From the IMG/VR virus record IMGVR_UViG_3300027971_000029, positions 1-64,000 of that record: DNA of 64,000 bases. One strand, written 5' to 3'. A program made the translations under genes and the position numbers. The notes beneath the pieces were generated by a model. It was not told the origin of the DNA and made no database searches. It worked only from the letters and a program-made list of their open reading frames with translations. Source of the stretch: a virus (lineage: Duplodnaviria; Caudoviricetes). Shown here piece by piece: positions 56,644 through 64,000 of this stretch (positions are counted from its first letter, which is position 1; each line of letters starts with the position of its first letter).

Positions 56644-56771
56644 GTGCTTTTCCTAAAAAAAGTTGTTTAAAAACAACAACATACAACAGTGGAAATGCGG
56701 TTTTGGGCCGTTTTTCCGCTTGGCTAGGGTCAGAGTCTCAGTGGACAGCTAAAAGCCGCCTAAAAGAGGTT

Positions 56772-56957
56772 CTAGCCGTGCAGGACTTGAGGTTTTGAAG
56801 ATGAATTTGCCGAAGTGTCTTCACGCATATCTTCTTCAAATTCTTGCAATCTTAATTGTTGCAATCTATGTTTGATTTCAGCATTATTTTTTTGCTGAGT
56901 CTCTAACAATTCTTCAAGTTCTCTAATTTCTTGTTTGATTTTAGAAAGAAAGGTCAT
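56772..56957 (-). CDS. Small coiled-coil hypothetical protein
   Basis: MTFLSKIKQEIRELEE...EFEEDMRE...QVLHG. Confidence 0.65.
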   Translation of the reverse strand: MTFLSKIKQEIRELEELLETQQKNNAEIKHRLQQLRLQEFEEDMREDTSANSSSKPQVLHG

Positions 56958-57102
56958 ATGTTTTTTCCTGTTTATAAAGTCTGTATGTGGCTTTATCTTG
57001 TTGCTTTTTATGATTTGTGTTAGGTTTGAATTGTTGACTATCAGAATCATTTTTTCGATTCTTGTTCTTTGGTTTCCTAACAACCTGCTGATTTGAAATC
57101 AT
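56941..57102 (-). CDS. Small basic hypothetical protein
   Basis: Manual 53-aa ORF MISNQQVVRKPKNKNRK...; AGGAGG upstream; start uncertain. Confidence 0.5.
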   Translation of the reverse strand: MISNQQVVRKPKNKNRKNDSDSQQFKPNTNHKKQQDKATYRLYKQEKTYDLSF

Positions 57103-57119
57103 TGAAGTTTTGCGCCTCC

Positions 57120-57695
57120 TTAAAGAATGCTATCCGCCACTCCAAGACTGATTAGTTGTTCGGCTTTGAGCCACGAGTCAGTCGGCGGTAACAATTTATT
57201 CTTGACTGTTTTTACATCAAGACCAGTTGCATCACATAGAATGTCGACCATGCGCTGATTACATAGGTCGGCTTCTTTCATGTGAGCCTTTATGTCATGG
57301 TACTTTCCTTCTGCCTCTTCGGAAAATTGATGACACATAATTCCTGTATTTTTTGAGATGATTCTTTCACCACGAGTTCCTGCTGAGAAGATGAGGAATG
57401 CCGCAGAGAAAATTGAACCAATGCCGATTGTTCTAATTGGGTACTTTGATTGTTTCATAACATCAATCAAAGCAAATGCTTGATACAAGTCACCGCCGCC
57501 TGAATTAACATACAGTGTCAAAATCTTACCTTCTTCTTCTTTGAAGTTCTCATAGGTAATCCATTCGATAGCTTCACGAATGTTAAATTCATCAATCTCA
57601 CCGCTGAGAAAAAAGATGTGGTTTTCAAGTAGACTGTGCCCAATAAGTTCACTTGGGCTGATAACTTCGTTATCTTTCTTTTTAGTTGTCGCCAT
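57120..57695 (-). CDS. clpP: ClpP-family serine protease subunit
   Basis: LYVNSGGGD, Ser in IFSAAFLI, His in IMCHQF, Asp in TDSWL, GVADSI. Confidence 0.9.
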   Translation of the reverse strand: MATTKKKDNEVISPSELIGHSLLENHIFFLSGEIDEFNIREAIEWITYENFKEEEGKILTLYVNSGGGDLYQAFALIDVMKQSKYPIRTIGIGSIFSAAFLIFSAGTRGERIISKNTGIMCHQFSEEAEGKYHDIKAHMKEADLCNQRMVDILCDATGLDVKTVKNKLLPPTDSWLKAEQLISLGVADSIL

Positions 57696-58647
57696 GTTTA
57701 AGGTGCCAATCATATGCAGTTGAAATAATGTTTTCTAAATTAAATTTTGAAGTAAAGTTGAGAAGTTCCTGCGCCTTGCTTATGTTGGATACAAGCATGG
57801 CAGGGTCGCCCGCACGGCGTGGACCGTAGGTGATGTTAACTTTCTGACCTGTCACTTTTTCAATAGTATCTACAATTTGTTTGTTCGAACATCCTGTGCC
57901 CGAACCAATGTTAAAAATATCACTCTTCTGGTTTTTCAAAAGATACTCAGCACTTGCCACATGTGCATCGGCAACATCTGAAACATGAATAAAGTCTCTG
58001 ATGCAAGTTCCGTCCGGAGTTTCATAGTCATCACCATAGAGTGTAAAGTTATTTAGATTCTGAAGAATTCTAGGAATCAAATGCGTTTCTGGTTCGTGAT
58101 TCTCACCCATCTCACCATCAGGGTCTGCACCACCGACATTGAAATATCTCAAGCAAATTGAATTGATATTCTCTTTCTGCATGTCAGTGAGTATTTGCTC
58201 ACACATTAATTTGTTGCGACCATAAACACTTGTTGGATGACATTCATCAGTTTCAAGAAACTTTTGATTGCCGCTACCATAGACACCAGCACTTGATGAG
58301 AACACAATATTTTTTACATGATGAATTGCCATCTCATTTAGCAGATTGATTGTGCCAGCAACATTCACATCATAATATTCACTTGGATATACCTCACTTG
58401 TGCCAACTTCAATCAAACCTGCTAAATGAAACACTGTATCGATTTTAACTTTACCAAAAAGAAAACTTAGTTCAGGCGCACGAATATCACACGGATAAAA
58501 CATATCAGTATATTCATGTGTTTGTGATTTTGATTTTGAATCAACAACGATAGTTCGCCAACCAGCTTTTTTCAATGCTTTGGTTACATGCGAACCGATA
58601 TAGCCGTAACCGCCAGTAATCAGTGCAGTCTTCATTTCTGATGCCAT
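57682..58647 (-). CDS. galE: UDP-glucose 4-epimerase
   Basis: TGGYGYIGSH, FSSSA.VYG, YGRNK, LRYFN, ETHLIP, DGTCIRDFIHV, RRAGDP. Confidence 0.92.
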   Translation of the reverse strand: MASEMKTALITGGYGYIGSHVTKALKKAGWRTIVVDSKSKSQTHEYTDMFYPCDIRAPELSFLFGKVKIDTVFHLAGLIEVGTSEVYPSEYYDVNVAGTINLLNEMAIHHVKNIVFSSSAGVYGSGNQKFLETDECHPTSVYGRNKLMCEQILTDMQKENINSICLRYFNVGGADPDGEMGENHEPETHLIPRILQNLNNFTLYGDDYETPDGTCIRDFIHVSDVADAHVASAEYLLKNQKSDIFNIGSGTGCSNKQIVDTIEKVTGQKVNITYGPRRAGDPAMLVSNISKAQELLNFTSKFNLENIISTAYDWHLKHGDN

Positions 58648-59342
58648 GGATAGTTCCCTTGATATTTTTCTTTTGTGTATTTGTTACCGTCTTCAAAGAA
58701 ATCTTTAGTAACAGAATTTGCATTACCATCTAATCGATAGCAAAGGCTATGCTCTCCTGTGCATTCAAAGTTAGGAAAGAATTTTTTCAGATTGCTGAAG
58801 AATTGTCTATCAGCACCCCATTGGCCATACCACGCATGACCTATGTTAACAGCAACATCACGCCTAACGGCAAAAGATGATGTGTCGATATGATAAGCAT
58901 CATTATTGAAATAGATGGGCCATTTACCCAACGATTCACAGTTGTCATCACATATGTAATTACCGTGTTTATCATAAATCTTCCTTAATGAATATGCCCA
59001 TTGGGCGCCAGTCTCAATTGCTTTTACAAGTTTCTCAACATGGTTTGGTTCATACCAATTATCTTCATCAAGATAACATATGATATCTGCATTCACTAAA
59101 AAAGAACATGCGGCATACACACGATGACCGTACCATCCTTTACCGACATTCTCTTCAAGTTCAACCATTCTTGTCTTAGATGAACCCACAAGAATTTCTC
59201 TTGCCTTTGGTTCATACTGACAACCATCGATGAAGATGTAGTGAGTCAGGTCTTTATATGTTTGATTGTCTACCGATGAGACACACTGTTCCAATAAGTC
59301 AGATGCTATTGTGGGTGTTACTACGGCTACTTTCATTTTCAT
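58632..59342 (-). CDS. Glycosyltransferase family 2
   Basis: VAVVTPT, SV.NQTY, YLDEDNW (DxD), IDTS, GADRQF. Confidence 0.88.
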   Translation of the reverse strand: MKMKVAVVTPTIASDLLEQCVSSVDNQTYKDLTHYIFIDGCQYEPKAREILVGSSKTRMVELEENVGKGWYGHRVYAACSFLVNADIICYLDEDNWYEPNHVEKLVKAIETGAQWAYSLRKIYDKHGNYICDDNCESLGKWPIYFNNDAYHIDTSSFAVRRDVAVNIGHAWYGQWGADRQFFSNLKKFFPNFECTGEHSLCYRLDGNANSVTKDFFEDGNKYTKEKYQGNYPWHQK

Positions 59343-59499
59343 CCTTAAAGGTCAATTTGGCACCACCAATAGTACCAGGCATTTCTAATTTCAATTCATC
59401 TTTAAATTCACGACAAAAAATTGCATCCCATCTATTGTCGTACTCATGTTGTGCAACGCTAAATGGTCTTGGTCTGCTTCCTTTACCACCATCACTCAC
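59299..59499 (-). CDS. Small hypothetical protein
   Basis: MSDGGKGSRPRPFSV...NRWDAIF; AAGGA SD. Confidence 0.7.
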   Translation of the reverse strand: MSDGGKGSRPRPFSVAQHEYDNRWDAIFCREFKDELKLEMPGTIGGAKLTFKDENESSRSNTHNSI

Positions 59500-59516
59500 G
59501 ATTCTTTCCTTTATAG

Positions 59517-59957
59517 TTAATCAACAGTCAATGGGATATCTGGAAATGACTCTTTGATAATTTTTGGTGTGAGAAATTTCACATTCAAATTTTTCTTGAA
59601 CATACCAACTAGCAACAAGGCTTCTTTTGCATGAACCGATTGTAACATGGTTACTGCAATTTGTGCTTGTTTCTTTGGTTCAAGTTTGCCTTTGTACTTT
59701 GGGTGATTTGGCACAAACACATAGAGTCTTTTCATCTCATTGTCGATTGTGGAAAATGTCAAACCTTCAGGCTCAGGCGCCGGTCTGTATTGTGGTACAG
59801 TCTCAACATCAAATTTAATGTCGGGATTGAATGCGTAATTTAAGAATTCACGAAATCTTTCATCACCATGCTTACGCAACACGGTAATTCTTTCTTCACG
59901 AGTTTTTGCATTATCAAACTCTTCGAAAATTTCATGGTATAGTCGTTTAAAACTCAT
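59517..59957 (-). CDS. Conserved T4-like hypothetical protein downstream of rnh
   Basis: EIF...R..VLR, P.I.F, E..RLY.F, ML..VH..EA.LL, FP. Confidence 0.75.
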   Translation of the reverse strand: MSFKRLYHEIFEEFDNAKTREERITVLRKHGDERFREFLNYAFNPDIKFDVETVPQYRPAPEPEGLTFSTIDNEMKRLYVFVPNHPKYKGKLEPKKQAQIAVTMLQSVHAKEALLLVGMFKKNLNVKFLTPKIIKESFPDIPLTVD

Positions 59958-60798
59958 CGATAACCTCAATCAAATTTTTAAGACGATTGGCAATCATGTA
60001 ATTCATAAATTGCTGTCTAGTCTTGGGTTTAGTGTCCTCATACTTAGTCACAATAGTTTCCAGCATTTCTTTTGGAATCTTAGTCAGGTCAATAAGCATT
60101 TCGTTACGGCGATAGTTGCGTAACATTTCATCATTGCAAAATTCTTCAGGTGGCGTATTCAGCCAATTGATAATTTTTGCTTCCGTGATAGGTCGTTGGC
60201 GACCACCTTCAACAAACACACCATCAGGCGATAAGATATTGGGAATGCCATCACCTTTGTCACCACGAATGATTAGTTGTTTTAATTGTACAGCAGGAAA
60301 AGGTTCTTTGATATACTTCTTCAGAATCGGTGAGTACTGTTCGACATTAGGAAACTTTTGCAATTGTGCAAAGTCTTTATCTGAAGAAAGAATCATCACT
60401 TTTTCTGTAGCGGCATACTTCATCACCAATGCGCCAATAACATCATCAGCCTCTGCACCTTGCACATCAATCACCTTGTAAGGCGAATTTTCAGCGAGTT
60501 CATCTTTGACTTTTTTCAGGCACTCGAAAATAGTGTTCCAATCAAATCCAGAATTTTCACGAGCCTTCTTGCGATTGGATTTGTAGTTAACAAAAACATC
60601 ACGGCGCCAGTAATGGCGATTGTCACAGGCGATAACTACTTCAGGACCATGACTGGCCTTGAATCGTTTAATGTATGTTCTCATTGTATTGAGAATCATA
60701 TGCCTCACTAAACTTTCATCGATTGTTGCTTTGGGCGAGGATCCAATCTGTTCCATTAGATTGGATATCGCTACTTGGTTATAGTCAAAAATAATCAT
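59947..60798 (-). CDS. rnh: RNase H / 5'-3' flap exonuclease
   Basis: RHMILN, YWRR...YK.NR, EADDVIG, SSDKDF.QLQ, GDKGDGIPNILS. Confidence 0.95.
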   Translation of the reverse strand: MIIFDYNQVAISNLMEQIGSSPKATIDESLVRHMILNTMRTYIKRFKASHGPEVVIACDNRHYWRRDVFVNYKSNRKKARENSGFDWNTIFECLKKVKDELAENSPYKVIDVQGAEADDVIGALVMKYAATEKVMILSSDKDFAQLQKFPNVEQYSPILKKYIKEPFPAVQLKQLIIRGDKGDGIPNILSPDGVFVEGGRQRPITEAKIINWLNTPPEEFCNDEMLRNYRRNEMLIDLTKIPKEMLETIVTKYEDTKPKTRQQFMNYMIANRLKNLIEVIDEF

Positions 60799-60847
60799 AA
60801 TGAAACCTATTATACTCTCTTTAAGATTTTAGTGGGGCAAACATGCA

Positions 60848-61063
60848 TCAGTCATTTTTATTGAATTTGATGCTTTCACCACGCAGGAATACACCAATCA
60901 GAACAATGGCACACCATGTATCAAAAGTGTATGGAATAGCCAGAGCAGGAAAAAGTATATTCAAAGACCACAGAACAAAAAACGGTGATATAAAAATGAA
61001 TACGATAGCCGCTAGTGCAATCAATGCCATAACAGCAGGCGATTTAACTTTAATATTAAACAT
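60848..61063 (-). CDS. Small membrane protein
   Basis: Hydrophobic; WSLN.LFP.LAIPY.F.TW. Confidence 0.7.
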   Translation of the reverse strand: MFNIKVKSPAVMALIALAAIVFIFISPFFVLWSLNILFPALAIPYTFDTWCAIVLIGVFLRGESIKFNKND

Positions 61064-61069
61064 AGAACC

Positions 61070-62158
61070 TCACTTAATAATTTTCAAAAGGATTGTATCA
61101 TCATTTAGTCGACCTGTCAAGGGCGATTCAACTGCACGAATGTTTGCAATAACATTACGGAGAAAAACTTTGCCACCTTTGATAACTTCAGGCAAAGTCA
61201 CTTCTGGTTTACGCAATTTCTTCTGTACCGATTTGGTATCAACAAAATTCTGTATCGTGGTGCCTTTCAATGAAAGACCTGAAATGTCTTCAGCGATATA
61301 GCAACCAAGTTTACGAGTCTTGATATTGTAAACCCACAGAGTCGATGCACCAATCACCGATTTAGGGTCGATTGATTTTAGACCGAGTTCAGTGTCTTCA
61401 ACGCAATACTTCATCTTACCAATCAGTTCATCGGCAGTCTTGACCTTGCGCTTGCGAGGCTTGCGATTCTGTTTGGCTTCGCCTTGCAGAGTCAATGCAT
61501 CATCAATAATTTTAGAAAGAAACGATTCGAACCTTTTCAGTTCGGTTTTCTTCATATGCGAGTAGCCTTCGACCAATTGGTCATCGGTACCAGCAATTGC
61601 ATCAGAAATTTCACTTCGCACTTTTTTGTAGTGTTCAACGATTGCCTTAACATGCACACCTTTTGTAGACAATTCAGTCATCATGCCTTTTGGTGTTTTT
61701 GTTTCACGATAAGCATTCAGTGTGAAGTCATCGACCAAACCATCTAGTTCAGCAAGGATACGAGAAGTCGAGTCTTTAATCCTGTCTTGAATAGAAGGAT
61801 TCACAGTGGCAACAACCGCAACATCTTCAACCACTTCTTCAACTTTACCATCACCTTTTTTAATGGTAGTCAATGTCTTATCGAAATAGTTTTGATTTTC
61901 AACGGGCAGAGTCGCACCATTGTAGAGAAGTCGGCACACCCAACCAAATGTGGTTGTTTGTTTCTTAATCATACCTTCAGGTATTTTCAGTTTCAGTTTT
62001 TTGTTAAGATAGTCACCAATGTATTTGTGAGCATCCTTGTAGTCCTTGTTTGCGGAATACCAATTCAATGATTGAATCAATTGAATGCGAGTCATCTCTT
62101 CGATGTACTTCGGTTCACCACCAGCAAACACCGCATTAGCATCAAGTACTCTAGCCAT
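61070..62158 (-). CDS. Conserved T4-like hypothetical protein
   Basis: LNWY, QLVEGYS, LWVYN.KTRKLG, QKKLRKP, GRLN.DTILL. Confidence 0.8.
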   Translation of the reverse strand: MARVLDANAVFAGGEPKYIEEMTRIQLIQSLNWYSANKDYKDAHKYIGDYLNKKLKLKIPEGMIKKQTTTFGWVCRLLYNGATLPVENQNYFDKTLTTIKKGDGKVEEVVEDVAVVATVNPSIQDRIKDSTSRILAELDGLVDDFTLNAYRETKTPKGMMTELSTKGVHVKAIVEHYKKVRSEISDAIAGTDDQLVEGYSHMKKTELKRFESFLSKIIDDALTLQGEAKQNRKPRKRKVKTADELIGKMKYCVEDTELGLKSIDPKSVIGASTLWVYNIKTRKLGCYIAEDISGLSLKGTTIQNFVDTKSVQKKLRKPEVTLPEVIKGGKVFLRNVIANIRAVESPLTGRLNDDTILLKIIK

Positions 62159-62432
62159 TTATCACCTCTTCATAAGTTTGGTCAAACACTTCACGGATTG
62201 TGTAGATGCCGTCATCAAGATAACTGTATTGTACACTTAACATTCTAGCGGCCGTTTGGGCTTCAAGATAGTTAACAAAACAAAAACACTCACCGAACAC
62301 ACGATTAACAATCTCGCCATTTAGTTTGTGTCTCATGTTGTTTGCATCATAAGAACCAAGCATAGATTCATACTCGGTTGAATAAGCTACACGGTACCCG
62401 TCTGTAGTTTGTAAAATATAGACACCGTTCAT
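62151..62432 (-). CDS. Hypothetical protein
   Basis: NGVYIL.T.DGYRV; tightly packed. Confidence 0.7.
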   Translation of the reverse strand: MNGVYILQTTDGYRVAYSTEYESMLGSYDANNMRHKLNGEIVNRVFGECFCFVNYLEAQTAARMLSVQYSYLDDGIYTIREVFDQTYEEVING

Positions 62433-62442
62433 ATCATCACCA

Positions 62443-62658
62443 TCACCTCTCCAGAATTACATAATCACCAAAATACTTGTCGAATGTTTGTAAAAGATGT
62501 TCATAGTCACCTTCTCTCATTTCGGATATAATTTTTTCACTGGGAAGTTTCAATTGATTTGCAAACCGATTAGCATAACCCATCAACGCAAATGCATTAC
62601 CATCAGGTCCAGTCAAATCGATAACAATTTCACGAGCAACAGTTTTATCACGAAACAT
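62443..62658 (-). CDS. Conserved phage hypothetical protein
   Basis: IDLTGPDGNAF.L...EM..GDYE.L...FD..FG. Confidence 0.8.
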   Translation of the reverse strand: MFRDKTVAREIVIDLTGPDGNAFALMGYANRFANQLKLPSEKIISEMREGDYEHLLQTFDKYFGDYVILER

Positions 62659-62748
62659 AATAATCCTAAAACAACAATCCATTCAATCAAAGTATAGTGG
62701 CAATACGCTTTGTAGTACCAACCATAACGAGTCAGTCGGTTGTGTAAA

Positions 62749-62937
62749 TCACTCAGGATTTTCAACAGACTTCCTACTGTCTTCCATTTCAAATTTAGTC
62801 ACCAGTATTGAGTACATGGCATAGATTAATGCAACGATACAGAGCCAACCTAGCAACTGAGGACTAACCATGGAAAATAAAACACCAGCACCCATGATAC
62901 CTGCTGTGGCAAGAGCCGCTTTAACTTTGGAATTCAT
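62749..62937 (-). CDS. Small membrane protein
   Basis: Two hydrophobic segments; own sigma70 promoter. Confidence 0.65.
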   Translation of the reverse strand: MNSKVKAALATAGIMGAGVLFSMVSPQLLGWLCIVALIYAMYSILVTKFEMEDSRKSVENPE

Positions 62938-62958
62938 AGAACAACCTTTCAAAAATAC

Positions 62959-62987
62959 ATTATACAACAAACCGTTCACTTTGTCAA
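62959..62987 (-). promoter_or_regulatory. Sigma70-type early promoter
   Basis: Perfect TTGACA-17 nt-TATAAT. Confidence 0.85.
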
Positions 62988-63233
62988 GATGTTTTTTAGT
63001 GCCGCTTTGGCATCGTTGACATGCTCAACATCATCCATCAAACCGAGTTCATATACCATCATTTCATTACGAGCGATACGAATCAGTTCAAGGGCATATA
63101 TGATATCATCTTTATCTGAGTAGTGAAACCATTCATCAATAGTCTCTTGGTCAGACTGTAGCAAAAATTTCAGATTGTCTTTATCCCAATCATTCATTTT
63201 TGTAATTTTTTCAATCATTTCCCAATCATGCAT
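62976..63233 (-). CDS. Hypothetical protein
   Basis: MN..D.DNL.FLL...W...D.DD..YA.EL; GGAGG SD. Confidence 0.7.
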   Translation of the reverse strand: MHDWEMIEKITKMNDWDKDNLKFLLQSDQETIDEWFHYSDKDDIIYALELIRIARNEMMVYELGLMDDVEHVNDAKAALKNILTK

Positions 63234-63552
63234 ATACTGCCTCCTTATTCATTGCGGCAGTCACAACCGCAACAGCATTAGAATCAAAACCACCAATGTG
63301 CCAACGATATTCATTGAATGGTGTATTGTATTGTTTCCAGTCGTATATGGTAACGGTCTCAATCTTTTCATCACCGTCCTCATCGACATAGAAAACATCA
63401 ATTGCCCACTCGCAGGTAGTTTTGTCGCCACCATCATTAGGACCATATTTAGGTTTACCAAAAATGCTCACAAGTTCATCATATGTGGTTTTGATATAAC
63501 CTTGCAGGCTAGTAAGATTTCCACTAGAACAAGACATGAGAACAATATTCAT
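63226..63552 (-). CDS. Conserved phage hypothetical protein
   Basis: TSLQGYI..TY.ELV..FG.P...DKT..EW...TIYDWK...WHIGG. Confidence 0.8.
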   Translation of the reverse strand: MNIVLMSCSSGNLTSLQGYIKTTYDELVSIFGKPKYGPNDGGDKTTCEWAIDVFYVDEDGDEKIETVTIYDWKQYNTPFNEYRWHIGGFDSNAVAVVTAAMNKEAVYA

Positions 63553-63806
63553 TTTAAATACTCCTTTTGAACAATCTTTTTCGCATCACTCAGCGATTTA
63601 AATTTCACTCCGTTGATGATGATGAATTTTGGACCATAGATTCTAGCCTCACCACCATCAAACGGAATACGATAAAATGTTTTGCCACCATCTACGACCT
63701 TCGACCGCTTTTTCTCAAAAAAAGGACCGTAAGTCAGGCCAGCGAACCGAAAGGTGTCTTCGAGTTCGGCGGCCGTTTGTGACCTTGCATAGGCAAGTGG
63801 TATCAT
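63549..63806 (-). CDS. Hypothetical protein
   Basis: Translationally coupled on both sides. Confidence 0.65.
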   Translation of the reverse strand: MIPLAYARSQTAAELEDTFRFAGLTYGPFFEKKRSKVVDGGKTFYRIPFDGGEARIYGPKFIIINGVKFKSLSDAKKIVQKEYLK

Positions 63807-64000
63807 TATGCAGTCACCGCATAAGGCTTATTCCAAGAACCGATGTTGCAGTGGAAATAATAAGCGGTGTCGAAATAATCAGTCATTGCATCGGAACGGT
63901 CGTAGTAATCACCAGCCATCAATGCTTTTTTGATTGCTTGCATGGCTTCGAGAGCCTTGCCACTGTAGTGGTCTTGGATCCAGTAGAGGTTCACTTGTTC
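63806..64000 (-). CDS. Conserved phage hypothetical protein, C-terminal part
   Basis: YYDRSDAMTDYFDTAYY...IG.W.KPY; frame open to the window edge. Confidence 0.75.
   Translation of the reverse strand, partial: EQVNLYWIQDHYSGKALEAMQAIKKALMAGDYYDRSDAMTDYFDTAYYFHCNIGSWNKPYAVTA

Noticed and set aside
57120-57695. ClpP as prohead maturation protease
   Set aside because: Not adjacent to portal or capsid genes; T4-like phages use gp21. Cannot be fully excluded without the rest of the genome.
1-64000. Stop-codon reassignment
   Set aside because: Core genes are full length in the standard code, and TAA, TAG and TGA all end conserved genes at expected positions.

Overview
This is a 64-kb segment of a large T4-like myovirus genome, AT-rich, in the cyanophage/pelagiphage-style gene arrangement. 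The host is probably a Gram-negative proteobacterium, inferred from an outer-membrane beta-barrel gene and a proteobacterial-type tmRNA tag. Bases 1-43 kb (minus strand) hold the late virion block: terminase gp17/gp16, neck gp15/14/13, a ~17-kb array of modular fibre/receptor-binding genes each followed by a small cognate partner gene, a DUF4815-like protein, and baseplate gp8/7/6/25/PAAR/split gp5/hub/gp53/gp48. Bases 43-49 kb (plus strand) hold gp4, gp2, a tail-tube-like gene, gp26/gp51 and the tape measure. Bases 49-64 kb (minus strand) hold gp32/gp59/gp33 and RNase H, separated by ~9 kb of accessory genes: SleB hydrolase, OMP, a two-piece permuted tmRNA (tag ANDSQFALAA), exonuclease, DenV-like, TusA, ClpP, GalE and GT2. 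Main highlights: (1) a phage-encoded permuted tmRNA near a ClpP; (2) a candidate lambda G/GT-type -1 frameshift fusing gp26 to gp51 just before the tape measure; (3) an array of nine fibre/partner cassettes with shared junction repeats and recurring terminal peptide motifs, suggesting a plug-and-socket assembly grammar; (4) a split gp5 with an eroded GH19-like remnant and a C-terminal CHAP-like domain. All product calls come from motif recognition and synteny. No database searches were run.
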